Assembly (NCBI GenBank): GCA_003602515.1
Contig: QQSB01000003.1
Coordinates: 15,388 to 79,387 of the forward strand
Reading direction: 5' to 3'
From: Candidatus Poseidoniales archaeon
Lineage (GTDB): Archaea > Thermoplasmatota > Poseidoniia > Poseidoniales > Thalassarchaeaceae
Length of the DNA stretch: 64,000 bases
Part shown: piece by piece, positions 45,715-55,163 of the stretch
Layout: each line of letters begins with the position of its first letter
Numbering within the stretch: the stretch's first letter is position 1
Notes under the pieces: generated by a model
The model's input: the letters and a program-made list of their open reading frames with translations, nothing else
Databases searched by the model: none
Told to the model about the DNA's origin: nothing
Made by a program: the position numbers and the translations under genes

Positions 45715-47715
45715 TCAATTGGTATTGGCGATCTTCTCTTGGACCTCATTGTCCTTTGCGACAATCTGCTCCCAGAGAATCTCAGCCACGTCCTTTACAT
45801 CCATCTCCGCTCCCACAGCGTCTAGCCCATCCTTCACCATAATGGAGCAGAATGGGCAACCTACTGCCACCGTGTCACAACCTGTCTCAGACAACTCCTT
45901 TGCCCGAATTTCATTAACTCGCTTGTCTGCTTCCTCTTCCATCCACATTTGAGCACCTCCAGCCCCACAACAGAACGAATCACGACCACTCCTCTCAGCC
46001 TCAACATCGACACCCCCGATTACATCCCTAGGCTCGTCTATGATCCCTCCAATGCGTCCAAGGTAGCATGGGTCATGGAAAGTAATACTCTCGCCATTCT
46101 TCTCCACTAGGGGCAACCTACCCTCCTCTTGCAATTTGGCAAGAATCTCAGAATGATGGAAGACCTCCAGTTCGTCTCCTCCGTAATCTCCGTACTCTTT
46201 GCCCAATGTGTGGAAGCAATGGGGGCATGAGGCAATAATTCGCTTAACCCCCAACTCCTGGAAAGTCATCATATTTGTCTCGGCGAGCATCTGAAACAGG
46301 TACTCGTTCCCAGCTCTACGTGCAGGATCACCTGAGCAACCCTCTTGCATTCCCAGAATACCGACATCTAGCCCAGCCTCCTTCAGTAGGGAAATTGTCG
46401 ATCTTGCAACCTTCTGATTCCTCTCATCGAAGCTGGCTGCACATCCCACGAAGTAGATGTATTCGGCCGGTTCTCCTATTTTTACATCCAGATCAGAAGC
46501 CCAGTCGGCTCTTTCGTGATCGCCATATCCATATGGGTTCGAGGCTGACTCTATGTTGCCCATTGCTGTATTGAGGACGTCCGGATACTCCATCGTCTCC
46601 ATCATTGCATTCCTACGCAGATCCGTTAGTTTGGGCACGTGCTCGATGTACAGTGGGCAGACGTCTACACAAGCGTTGCATGTTGTGCATGCCCACACCG
46701 CCTCTTCGGTTATCCTCTGCATCATCGTTTCCTCAGGCACCTCTCCAGACAGCAGAAGCGGTGCATGCTCATTCGCATAGTCCCTGACGTCATGAATGAC
46801 CTGCATCGGGTTGAGTCCCTTGCCGGAAGCGTATGCCGGACAAACATCCTGGCATCTCGCGCAAGAAGTACATGACCACCCGTCAATAAGTTGCCTCCAA
46901 GTGTACTGAGTGTAACTACTAACTCCGAATGAATCGATATCCAAGTCCTCAAGTGGAACTGCCTTCCCATCATCCCCCATCGCAAGGGGGCGCATCTTGC
47001 CAGCCGGACCTGTATCGTGGAAGAATACGTTTGGTACTGCCATTACCAAGTGCATATGCTTGGAAAGAGGAATTAGGAACAGAAAGACCGAGATTGCCAG
47101 CATGTGAAGCCAATAAGAAACTACTACTGCCCTGTCTGACAAACCATACTCGCTGAACTGGTAACCAATGGGCTCCCAGAACGGACTCGGGTCTTCTTTA
47201 GACTCAATCATGAACGAAGTCGTCGTAATGGTGAAAATAAGCAATAAGATAGCATTACCCTCTAGTTGCGACTTTCCCTTGAGTTTCTCAGGGGTGAAAG
47301 CCACACGACGAACTAATGCCGAGACGCATCCGATGAGTGCCATCGTGTACCCCAGTTCAACCATCCCATTCCAGGGTCCGACGACTAATTCAGGTAGCAA
47401 CTCGCCAGAGAAGTAATTCGCGGTTGCGAGATCGAACATATCCGATGCCAGCATCAAGAAGCCCCAGAACATCAGAACATGCATCGTTCCTGCGACTCTG
47501 TCCCTAAGCACCTTCTTTTGCCCAAGCCATCCTACGATGAACTCCTTGATTCTAGGGCCCCAGGAGTCGAATCTCGAGTCAGGTGTACCAATCAGAACCA
47601 GACGCGTCGCCTTCTGCACCTGATACGTGAAGAATCCTATGGATACAGAGGCTATTAACAGAAGAATCATCCAACCATCAAATGGTCCGTAAGTCTGCAG
47701 AAGGGGGTGGATCAT
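45715..47715 (-). CDS. Membrane-bound Fe-S oxidoreductase: NarI/DsrM-like heme-b domain fused to an HdrD/GlpC-like domain (2x[4Fe-4S] + 2 CCG)
   Basis: About 6 N-terminal TM segments with conserved His. CTSCARCQDVCP and CTTCNACVDVCP ferredoxin motifs. Two CCG-type regions (GCAASF...CPHC; PCYLGR...CCGAGG...GCPFC). Confidence 0.8.
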   Translation of the reverse strand: MIHPLLQTYGPFDGWMILLLIASVSIGFFTYQVQKATRLVLIGTPDSRFDSWGPRIKEFIVGWLGQKKVLRDRVAGTMHVLMFWGFLMLASDMFDLATANYFSGELLPELVVGPWNGMVELGYTMALIGCVSALVRRVAFTPEKLKGKSQLEGNAILLLIFTITTTSFMIESKEDPSPFWEPIGYQFSEYGLSDRAVVVSYWLHMLAISVFLFLIPLSKHMHLVMAVPNVFFHDTGPAGKMRPLAMGDDGKAVPLEDLDIDSFGVSSYTQYTWRQLIDGWSCTSCARCQDVCPAYASGKGLNPMQVIHDVRDYANEHAPLLLSGEVPEETMMQRITEEAVWACTTCNACVDVCPLYIEHVPKLTDLRRNAMMETMEYPDVLNTAMGNIESASNPYGYGDHERADWASDLDVKIGEPAEYIYFVGCAASFDERNQKVARSTISLLKEAGLDVGILGMQEGCSGDPARRAGNEYLFQMLAETNMMTFQELGVKRIIASCPHCFHTLGKEYGDYGGDELEVFHHSEILAKLQEEGRLPLVEKNGESITFHDPCYLGRIGGIIDEPRDVIGGVDVEAERSGRDSFCCGAGGAQMWMEEEADKRVNEIRAKELSETGCDTVAVGCPFCSIMVKDGLDAVGAEMDVKDVAEILWEQIVAKDNEVQEKIANTN

Positions 47716-47800
47716 TGGTGCTCACCGGGGTTTTCCCGAATCACTCGACTACAAACAAGACCTTGAAACAACCGCAAAACAGGCCAACACTCATGTCCTA

Positions 47801-48790
47801 ATGTGCCAGCCATCAGTCATGCCGAGTGCCTTTGCTCCCGGGAAATGTATCCTCTTCGGGGAGCATGCTGTTGTATTCGGTCATCCAGCCGTGGCAGTAG
47901 CTATCGATCAGGGCGTGAGAGTCAGTATTGAGGAGTCTGATATATGGAAACTGGAGGGTTCATCATTCGTCCCATCAAGGCATCCTCACATCTCACATAT
48001 TATTCAGAACATCTTCCAGTACTCTGGTCCTCCTCTTGACATTGACGTGGATAGCTCTCTTTTCTCAGCCGCAGGTATGGGCTCTTCTGCAGCACTATCG
48101 AATGCATTTGGAGCTGCAATGCAGGCTCACCTAAAGCCGGACTCGGAACTCGATGCTGTGGAACTGGCTAAAATCGCTCATTCGGCCGAGGCAACCGCCC
48201 AGAAGGGAAGGGCGAGCCCAACGGATACAGCAACTAGTGCTCTTGGAGGGTGCGTAGTCGTTTCCGGCTCCGAAGTGCCAGGAACAAGGCATGTTTTCGA
48301 TACTAGCCTGGAAACACCAGAGGGATCCAGAGAATGGTCGATCAATACCGTTGACATCCCCCAGGGAATTGGAGATGCTTGGCTAGTGATTGGGTACTCG
48401 GGAACTGGTTCTCCAACAGGAAGGATGGTCGCCAAGGTTGCAAAACTAATTTCCGAAGCTCCAGAAAGGATGGAGGAGCTGGAATCAATTGCAAACATTA
48501 CTAGGGCAGGATTAGCTGCTCTCTCAGCAGGAAACCTAGAGGGATTGGGAATGGCCATGGATGCCTGTCACGAAAGTCTAAGAAAACTGGAAGTAAGTAG
48601 CAGTAAGCTAGACCAGATGGTCAACTCAGCAAGGACCCACTCACTTGGGGCAAAACTGACCGGAGCCGGAGGCGGGGGTTGCATGGTGGCCCTCACGCAC
48701 GATCCTACCAGGGTTTCCGAGGCGATTGAAGTCGCTGGAGGCAGACCATTGATGACCAGACTGGGTGCACAAGGGGTCAGATTCGTATAA
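47801..48790 (+). CDS. mvk: Mevalonate kinase
   Basis: APGKCILFGEHAVVFGHPAVAVAI, GHMP motif SAAGMGSSAALS and KLTGAGGGGCMVAL. Confidence 0.85.
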   Translation: MCQPSVMPSAFAPGKCILFGEHAVVFGHPAVAVAIDQGVRVSIEESDIWKLEGSSFVPSRHPHISHIIQNIFQYSGPPLDIDVDSSLFSAAGMGSSAALSNAFGAAMQAHLKPDSELDAVELAKIAHSAEATAQKGRASPTDTATSALGGCVVVSGSEVPGTRHVFDTSLETPEGSREWSINTVDIPQGIGDAWLVIGYSGTGSPTGRMVAKVAKLISEAPERMEELESIANITRAGLAALSAGNLEGLGMAMDACHESLRKLEVSSSKLDQMVNSARTHSLGAKLTGAGGGGCMVALTHDPTRVSEAIEVAGGRPLMTRLGAQGVRFV

Positions 48791-48828
48791 CGAGAGTTCT
48801 GAAATCACATCTGTAAAAACAATATCTC

Positions 48829-48848
48829 CTTATATAACCATTTATAAG
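48829..48848 (+). promoter_or_regulatory. Candidate tandem TATA boxes for tbp (leaderless)
   Basis: CTTATATAACCATTTATAAG ends about 22 nt upstream of the ATG at 48870, in the gap after the mvk stop. Confidence 0.4.
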
Positions 48849-48869
48849 GGAAATGATGGTCGACAACCT

Positions 48870-49586
48870 ATGCTCAGCGATGAAGAAAGACTCACCGTAG
48901 TGAATGTAGTAGCCTCTACCAGAGTAGCGGAGGAACTGGACCTCCCGGACATAGCCATCCAGTTGAACTGCGAATACGAACCAGAGCAGTTCCCGGGCGT
49001 GGTTTACAGGGTAGTGGAACCCAAGCTTGCAATCCTTATGTTTAGGTCAGGCAGGGCTGTTTGCACCGGTGGAAAGAACGAGGACAACATCCAGACTGGC
49101 ATTGAGAGGATGATCGGTGATCTCAGAAACGCGGGTATCGAAACTTGGGAACTGAAGGATGTGGAGATAGAAGTCCAGAATATGGTCGCAACCTACTCCC
49201 TCTTCTATCCAGAGGACTATGGTGAAGTCGCTAGAATGGACGATATCAACACCAAGGTCATTGACGAGGATGGCGGCGGAATTAGAGCAGCCACCGACGA
49301 GGAGGTAGAGAATGAGGACCCTAGAATCAGGGGAATCCTACAGGGTGAGCCACTAGCAGCCCTTCCCAGGAAACTCAATCTGAACAACCTGACCTTCCAC
49401 CTTCCCTTCGACAAAGTCGAATACGAGCCAGAGCAGTTCCCTGGCCTAATCTACAGACTTGACTACCCTCGTGTGGTATGCCTGATATTCGGTAGCGGCA
49501 AGATGGTGATTACCGGAGCTAGGCACAAGGACGAGATTCTCGAGGCAGTTGAACAGATCAAAGACGAGCTAGCAGATCTGCTGTAG
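48870..49586 (+). CDS. tbp: TATA-box-binding protein with an insertion in repeat 2
   Basis: Two TBP repeats: VVNVVAS...EYEPEQFPGVVYR...LMFRSGRAVCTG and VQNMVAT...EYEPEQFPGLIYR...LIFGSGKMVITG. ATG at 48870 is preferred; the upstream part of the track ORF overlaps mvk. Confidence 0.85.
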   Translation: MLSDEERLTVVNVVASTRVAEELDLPDIAIQLNCEYEPEQFPGVVYRVVEPKLAILMFRSGRAVCTGGKNEDNIQTGIERMIGDLRNAGIETWELKDVEIEVQNMVATYSLFYPEDYGEVARMDDINTKVIDEDGGGIRAATDEEVENEDPRIRGILQGEPLAALPRKLNLNNLTFHLPFDKVEYEPEQFPGLIYRLDYPRVVCLIFGSGKMVITGARHKDEILEAVEQIKDELADLL

Positions 49587-49628
49587 GCGATGAACCAACG
49601 TTATTGAGCAGACCGGCATGCGAATGCC

Positions 49629-52600
49629 ATGTACGGGCCCTCCAGAGCCATCATGATGATTGCAGCCTTGGCATTGGCACCGTTAGCCTGCTCGCTGACC
49701 GTGGCAGACCTTTCAAACTCCGATTCATACACGGCAGAATCATCGGTGCAAGCCAGAAATACGGGTTCCGTCGATGTACCTAACTGGAGAGTCAACGACA
49801 ACTGGATGTACGACGGGTACCTGGATGTTGTTGATTTCGTAGCAGACTCTGGCGTCTCCACGAATGCCGAGACCCTCGAGGGATCGCTCGATAGGACGGT
49901 GTCAGACATATATCTGTACGATATCGATGGTAATGAGACCCTCGTCTACGAAGTAGAGTCGATAGGCGCTTACGAGTCAGACGGCGTCATTGAGATAGAC
50001 GGAACCAATGGCTGCCTATACCTGGATATGCAGACTACTGAAATAATTCGCGTCTCGGACTTGGCTACTTACTCTCAGGATGTCACGATTGACGTATACT
50101 TCGACCCTTCCTTCTGGGGTAACTGCGTCGATTGGCTTAGGCAGGATATCGGTGAGCTGAGTGTGGACAACACGTTCCGACCCCCTCTGGAGAACTACGA
50201 CTTCCCTCTCTCTGTTGGGGAAACTTGGGGAATGGACTACAGCCAGGAAACCGAATACAGTGGCTCCAGCAATTACGTAGACATCCCCGATGACACTAGT
50301 GACACAAACTCCACCAGTTGGGCTGTCGTTAGCCAGGGTGGCTCCGGAGTCGCATACCCTGGTTGCTACCAGTCATTTAACGTGACATCATACGACTCGG
50401 ACGGTGATGAGGTCGGATTCAACTGGTACTGCCCGGCAGTTCGAGGCGAGGTGAAGAGCTCTATCGAACAGGCATTCGGATTCATCGCAGTCCATGAGTT
50501 GGTCAGTTACCAACCTGTTACTAGAGGGAAGGAGATTTCGATAGACATCGAATACCCACTTTCGCCTACTGGAATCGAGATATCCGCATGGCTTAATATC
50601 ACGGAACAGGGGCAAGCAGTCGCAAACCAAGATCTTCAGTTCCGCTATGAATCCGAGGATGAGGTACAGAACGTAACTACGGATGAAAATGGCTCCTACC
50701 ATTTGACCTTCAATTCTGGAGACAACCCCGATGATACCCATGGCTCAGGAGAACTCGGCAGCCACGGTTTGATCGCTTGGACATACCTTGGCGGCAATGC
50801 CCTGGGAACAAAGTCCCTGGTAATAGACTCAGAAGTTCATGAGATAGACTTGGTCGCCAGATCTTCTGCAGTAACTGTTCAGAGGCTGCGTCCATCAAGT
50901 GGAAACGAGGTTACACTCGACTCGTCCATTGGATTTACGGCCATTTCTGGAGATATCCTAACCTTCTCAGTACCGGTCTCGAACCGTGGTTTGATCCAGT
51001 CGCCATACTCCACGATCGTCATCAGCGCCCCAGACGGATCAGAAGTTTCAGGCACGGTTCCCCCACTGGGGAGTCTGCAGGAATCCCGGGTCCTTGTCAA
51101 CTGGACGGTCCCCGAATCCCAGCCTTTCGGAAACGTCTACCTGTTCTTCGAGGTTGACCCCTTGGAGGAAATAACTCAGGAAGGCAACAGATCAAACAAC
51201 CAAGGATCGTTCGTTCTCTATGTAGGGGGCCTCCCAGTCTCGGATCTCTCCATGCTAAATGAGACTCTGACTAATGAGGCGGTGACATTCGATGCAAGCG
51301 CGTCTTACGACTCAGACGGGGGGAGCGTAGACTGCGAATTCAATATCGAAAAGGTCGATGGGTCTTATGCAGAGTTATCAGATGATGACTGCATTGTCGA
51401 ATGGTCTTGGGTAGACGATGGTGTCTTCGCAGTTTCAGTCCTAATCACGGACGAGGAGAGCGACCAGTCATCTATCGAGTCTACGATTTCGGTCATCAAT
51501 CGCCCTCCTGTAATCACTCTCGGATCTAATTCTGATGAGGTAGTGGTCACTACGCCAATCACATTCTCCGTGACAGACATTAGTGACAATGACACGAGGA
51601 ATCCTTCCGCACCTGCCGAGTTACTGTGGGGAGCAGTTTGCTCAGAGGGACAGGTCGGCCAGTCATGCACTGTTATCCCAATGGTCGAGGGATTGCTGAC
51701 CATCGAAGTCATGGCAACCGATGATGATGGCGCAACCACCGTCGCGGATTACTCCGTCCAAGTAACCAACATTGCCCCCTCAAACCCAGTCGCAGAACTC
51801 TACCGAGGGGAGGAGAGACTCTTCCCTGATAGCCGTGGAGTCTTCACAGTCTACGAAGGCGATGAAATTACATTCTGGGGCCAGGCAGATGATTCGTCAA
51901 ACGACATCGAAAGCCTCGTCCACGTATGGAAGCCAGATGCAGAGTATCAACCCGATATTAACTCAACCAGTACCGGCTTCAGGAGCACCCTCTCTGGTGT
52001 CTCGTACAACACATCAGGAATGCACCTGGCCACTCTACAGGTCTTCGATGATGACGGAGAGGGGACCGAGGTCCTGATAGTGCCAATACAGGTGGTCAAT
52101 GTAATCCCGGAGATTACTCCAATGACAACCATCCTTGGCGATCTAGAGGAGGACCAAGAGTTCACCATCAGCCCAATAGTTTCTGATACCGGAAATGACT
52201 CAGATTCTCTAGTACACTGCTTCGATCTAGACCCCTCAACCGATCATGACTCGGATGGTGTTCCCGAGAATGACTGCGACGTTCAGTCGGCCACCCTGGT
52301 TCACTCATGGCCGGACTCTTATTCAGCACCCGATTCGATACTTTTCCATGTCACCGACGATGACGGGGCATCAGAATCGATGGAGTTCACTTTTGTCGTC
52401 GTCAATTCGCCTCCAGAGGCATTCGCATCAGCAAGTGTCGCTAATCCAACAGAGGGAGACTCGGTCATACTATCGGCCAACGGTACAATCGACTCACAGG
52501 CAGACATGGACTCCTTGGTTTTCCAGTGGGACATCGACATCACCTTCGACTCGGATGGGGACGGAAACCCTGGAAACGATATCGACTATACGGGCAGATG

Positions 52601-53096
52601 GATAGAGTTCTCGTATGACTCAGGAGGGCCGAAAAAGGCACAGCTTACCGTGCTAGACGATAGCTCCAGTCACTCAGTAATCATGGACTTGGAGGTAGCA
52701 GAAAAACCCATCACGATTTCAGGCACCATCCAATCAAACATCGGTCCGATAATCATGGTGCTTGCAGCAATCTCATTAGTCGCTTGGACCTTCCTAAGAC
52801 CAAATCCTAGAGGTGAGAAAGAGATGTCCAAAATCCCCCATGAGATCGACATTGACGCTGCATTTGACGAGCCCGCGGAACCATTGGTGGACACTAGTCC
52901 GTTCGAATCGCCCCCCCGGGCCGACCAACACCTAGAGGACCCAACGATTCTGGAGGGGCTGGAAGATGTCCTCGAAGAGCTCACTGGGAGCAAACAAGAG
53001 GTGGATCCAGCTTCAGATTTGCCCTCGGCACCCAATCTCTACGAGAAAAAGGCCGATCTTGATCTCGCAGATATAGAAGCACTCTTTGAGGAGTAG
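49629..53096 (+). CDS. Large secreted PKD-repeat surface protein with a C-terminal TM anchor and acidic cytoplasmic tail
   Basis: Signal peptide. Multiple PKD-like repeats (FDASASYDSDGGSV, VMATDDDGATT, VFDDDGEGTE, HVTDDDGASE). A CARDB-like segment (VPVSNRGL). TM helix IGPIIMVLAAISLVAWTFL. Confidence 0.75.
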   Translation: MYGPSRAIMMIAALALAPLACSLTVADLSNSDSYTAESSVQARNTGSVDVPNWRVNDNWMYDGYLDVVDFVADSGVSTNAETLEGSLDRTVSDIYLYDIDGNETLVYEVESIGAYESDGVIEIDGTNGCLYLDMQTTEIIRVSDLATYSQDVTIDVYFDPSFWGNCVDWLRQDIGELSVDNTFRPPLENYDFPLSVGETWGMDYSQETEYSGSSNYVDIPDDTSDTNSTSWAVVSQGGSGVAYPGCYQSFNVTSYDSDGDEVGFNWYCPAVRGEVKSSIEQAFGFIAVHELVSYQPVTRGKEISIDIEYPLSPTGIEISAWLNITEQGQAVANQDLQFRYESEDEVQNVTTDENGSYHLTFNSGDNPDDTHGSGELGSHGLIAWTYLGGNALGTKSLVIDSEVHEIDLVARSSAVTVQRLRPSSGNEVTLDSSIGFTAISGDILTFSVPVSNRGLIQSPYSTIVISAPDGSEVSGTVPPLGSLQESRVLVNWTVPESQPFGNVYLFFEVDPLEEITQEGNRSNNQGSFVLYVGGLPVSDLSMLNETLTNEAVTFDASASYDSDGGSVDCEFNIEKVDGSYAELSDDDCIVEWSWVDDGVFAVSVLITDEESDQSSIESTISVINRPPVITLGSNSDEVVVTTPITFSVTDISDNDTRNPSAPAELLWGAVCSEGQVGQSCTVIPMVEGLLTIEVMATDDDGATTVADYSVQVTNIAPSNPVAELYRGEERLFPDSRGVFTVYEGDEITFWGQADDSSNDIESLVHVWKPDAEYQPDINSTSTGFRSTLSGVSYNTSGMHLATLQVFDDDGEGTEVLIVPIQVVNVIPEITPMTTILGDLEEDQEFTISPIVSDTGNDSDSLVHCFDLDPSTDHDSDGVPENDCDVQSATLVHSWPDSYSAPDSILFHVTDDDGASESMEFTFVVVNSPPEAFASASVANPTEGDSVILSANGTIDSQADMDSLVFQWDIDITFDSDGDGNPGNDIDYTGRWIEFSYDSGGPKKAQLTVLDDSSSHSVIMDLEVAEKPITISGTIQSNIGPIIMVLAAISLVAWTFLRPNPRGEKEMSKIPHEIDIDAAFDEPAEPLVDTSPFESPPRADQHLEDPTILEGLEDVLEELTGSKQEVDPASDLPSAPNLYEKKADLDLADIEALFEE

Positions 53097-53110
53097 TCCT
53101 CGGACCGTAC

Positions 53111-53581
53111 GTGGTCAACCTCTTCAGACTTCTAGGACTCCCCAACCCGAACACTACTCCGAAGGCGAAACCCGGATTTGGTTTGGGCGCAACCGAACCG
53201 GGACCGAAAGTCGGAAACAGATTCCATGATCTAGGGGAGTCAAGGTGGTCAGAAAGAACAGAGAGAGTTACTGAGAGACCGTCCAGGAGAGTTATCTACA
53301 TGGAACCAGATAATCTTCACCGGCTTCAGCTGGATGGCGTTGAGGGGAACCTATCAGTCGGAGATATGGTGATCATAGATTTGAATTCCCTGAACCACAT
53401 GCCTAGCCAGCAATCGGTCTGCTCCAGGAGGGCCCAGGAACTGGGAGATAGGACAAACCTACCCGTCTTCGCACTGAATGAAGACGACTCCCTCCTGATG
53501 ATCGCTGGGGCTAAAATGAGGGTCGACACACATAAGCACAGATTAGGCTCACCCGCCTTGGACAGGGCGATAGAAAACTAG
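53111..53581 (+). CDS. SepF-like cell-division protein (tentative)
   Basis: GTG start. N-terminal amphipathic MVNLFRLLGL, a Pro/Gly/basic linker, and a C-terminal core GDMVIIDLNSL...LPVFALNEDDSLLMIAGAKMRVD that matches the SepF pattern by eye. Confidence 0.45.
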   Translation: MVNLFRLLGLPNPNTTPKAKPGFGLGATEPGPKVGNRFHDLGESRWSERTERVTERPSRRVIYMEPDNLHRLQLDGVEGNLSVGDMVIIDLNSLNHMPSQQSVCSRRAQELGDRTNLPVFALNEDDSLLMIAGAKMRVDTHKHRLGSPALDRAIEN

Positions 53582-53599
53582 TCAGAACAAGGGTTAGGA

Positions 53600-53881
53600 C
53601 TAGTCTTCTATTTCTTCTTTGTATGCGACCCACAAAAGTGGGTAAATTACCATAGTGGCAGCGGGGATGGTCCACCACGGAGAATCATCGGGAATGATTC
53701 CAATCCCCCACATCCTAGACAACCAATCAACAATCGCAAATAAGCCACTAACTAAGAAATAGCACATCGTGATTGCTAGAAGGTGAAAGGGGAGCAGGTG
53801 CAATCCCGATGACATCCTCTTAGTCGGCACTGTTGGCTTTCTGGGTTGCCACAGGTCCTGTCTCTCGGCCAAGATCTTCAT
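53600..53881 (-). CDS. Small membrane protein
   Basis: The ATG at 53881 forms an ATGA overlap with the upstream 70-aa ORF stop. Two hydrophobic helices. Confidence 0.45.
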   Translation of the reverse strand: MKILAERQDLWQPRKPTVPTKRMSSGLHLLPFHLLAITMCYFLVSGLFAIVDWLSRMWGIGIIPDDSPWWTIPAATMVIYPLLWVAYKEEIED

Positions 53882-54090
53882 TCCTCTTCTAACCATGAAT
53901 CAAGGTCGCCTCTGGAGACCTCCATTACCGCATGCTCGGTGAAATCGCGATACGCCGACCATCTGGATATCTCTTCCTCTTCGACACCCCTCTCGGTCTT
54001 TCTGTCAATGGAGTCGTTCGCGTATTTGACGCATTTCTTAAGAAATGAAACTACTAGGTTCCTGCGCTGTTCTATGCTCATGTCATCCAA
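53878..54090 (-). CDS. Small acidic hypothetical protein
   Basis: 70-aa ORF. Its start overlaps the bcp stop by 8 nt and it is coupled to the downstream gene. No recognised motif. Confidence 0.45.
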   Translation of the reverse strand: MDDMSIEQRRNLVVSFLKKCVKYANDSIDRKTERGVEEEEISRWSAYRDFTEHAVMEVSRGDLDSWLEEE

Positions 54091-54562
54091 CCTTCAGAGC
54101 GTCAATCAGAGTATCTACGTGCCCCTTAGCCCTCACTCCGTAACCTGCCCATACGATAGTTCCGTCTGTCTCAATTGCAAAGGTCGACCTCAGAGTCCCC
54201 ATGTACGTCTTTCCGTACATGTTCTTCTCTCTCCAAGTGCCATACTTCTCGTGAAGAGAAGCCTCCTCGTCCAAAATCAGGTCAAATGGCAACTCATGCT
54301 TGTCGATGAACTTCTGGTGAGACTTTGCGCCGTCAGTAGAGACTCCGATGACTTTCCAACCGCTTCCCTCGAATCTACCGAAACTGTCTCTGAAGTCACA
54401 GGCTTGTACGGTACAACCGGGAGTGTTATCTCTAGGGTAGAAGTACAGAATTGCCTTCCCTCCATTCGATAGAATCCCCGAAAGCGAGATCTTCGAACCA
54501 TCGGTAACTTCCACCTCGAAGTCTGGGGCCATGTCTCCAACCTCCAACTCTACTGTTGTCAT
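54083..54562 (-). CDS. bcp: Peroxiredoxin, Bcp type
   Basis: YFYPRDNTPGCTVQACDF peroxidatic Cys motif. Thioredoxin fold length (159 aa). Confidence 0.85.
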   Translation of the reverse strand: MTTVELEVGDMAPDFEVEVTDGSKISLSGILSNGGKAILYFYPRDNTPGCTVQACDFRDSFGRFEGSGWKVIGVSTDGAKSHQKFIDKHELPFDLILDEEASLHEKYGTWREKNMYGKTYMGTLRSTFAIETDGTIVWAGYGVRAKGHVDTLIDALKVG

Positions 54563-54599
54563 GTGTTCGCGTGTCGAACCAGACTCATGAAGGCTACCA

Positions 54600-55163
54600 T
54601 CATTCGATATATGATTTCAGAGTGACCGATGCAGGAATTGATGGGGGTTCACTGAACCCGAAGCATGCATCGATCTCGAAATCCCTTTTCATACCCAGAT
54701 CTTCTCCCTCAAAGCTCGCTTCAGCCTTCAGAATACGGGAAAGAGATCTCACGGAATACCACTCTCTTCTCCCATTCTTCGTGATTCCGTGGGTTCTAGT
54801 TCCGAAGAGAATCCGACTGAAAAGGGCCTCGAAACTGGCGATGAACCATAGCGGCCTCCAGAAGGGGATGGGTAATGCTATACCCCAGCCGATTTTGATA
54901 TCTAGCCCCCCTCCATTGATCGAGATCCCCCTCTTTCCCCTCTCTACTGTAATCTCTGTTACTCTCACGTCTTCAAAGTTGTATAGTTCCGAGACGTACT
55001 CAGCATGCATCTCAGATGGCGATAGCAGAACCCTACTCCCATCTGGCTTAGCCCACATGATATTGGTGAAACTCCCCAAAGGGGATTCTCTCCAGTCCCC
55101 TATGACTATCCTGTCACCAGTAGAGAAGCCAGTAGATGTTATCCTTCCAACAAAGACGTCCAT
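54600..55163 (-). CDS. Hypothetical protein
   Basis: 187-aa ORF that abuts the nth stop (55164) on the same strand. No recognised motif. Confidence 0.5.
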   Translation of the reverse strand: MDVFVGRITSTGFSTGDRIVIGDWRESPLGSFTNIMWAKPDGSRVLLSPSEMHAEYVSELYNFEDVRVTEITVERGKRGISINGGGLDIKIGWGIALPIPFWRPLWFIASFEALFSRILFGTRTHGITKNGRREWYSVRSLSRILKAEASFEGEDLGMKRDFEIDACFGFSEPPSIPASVTLKSYIE

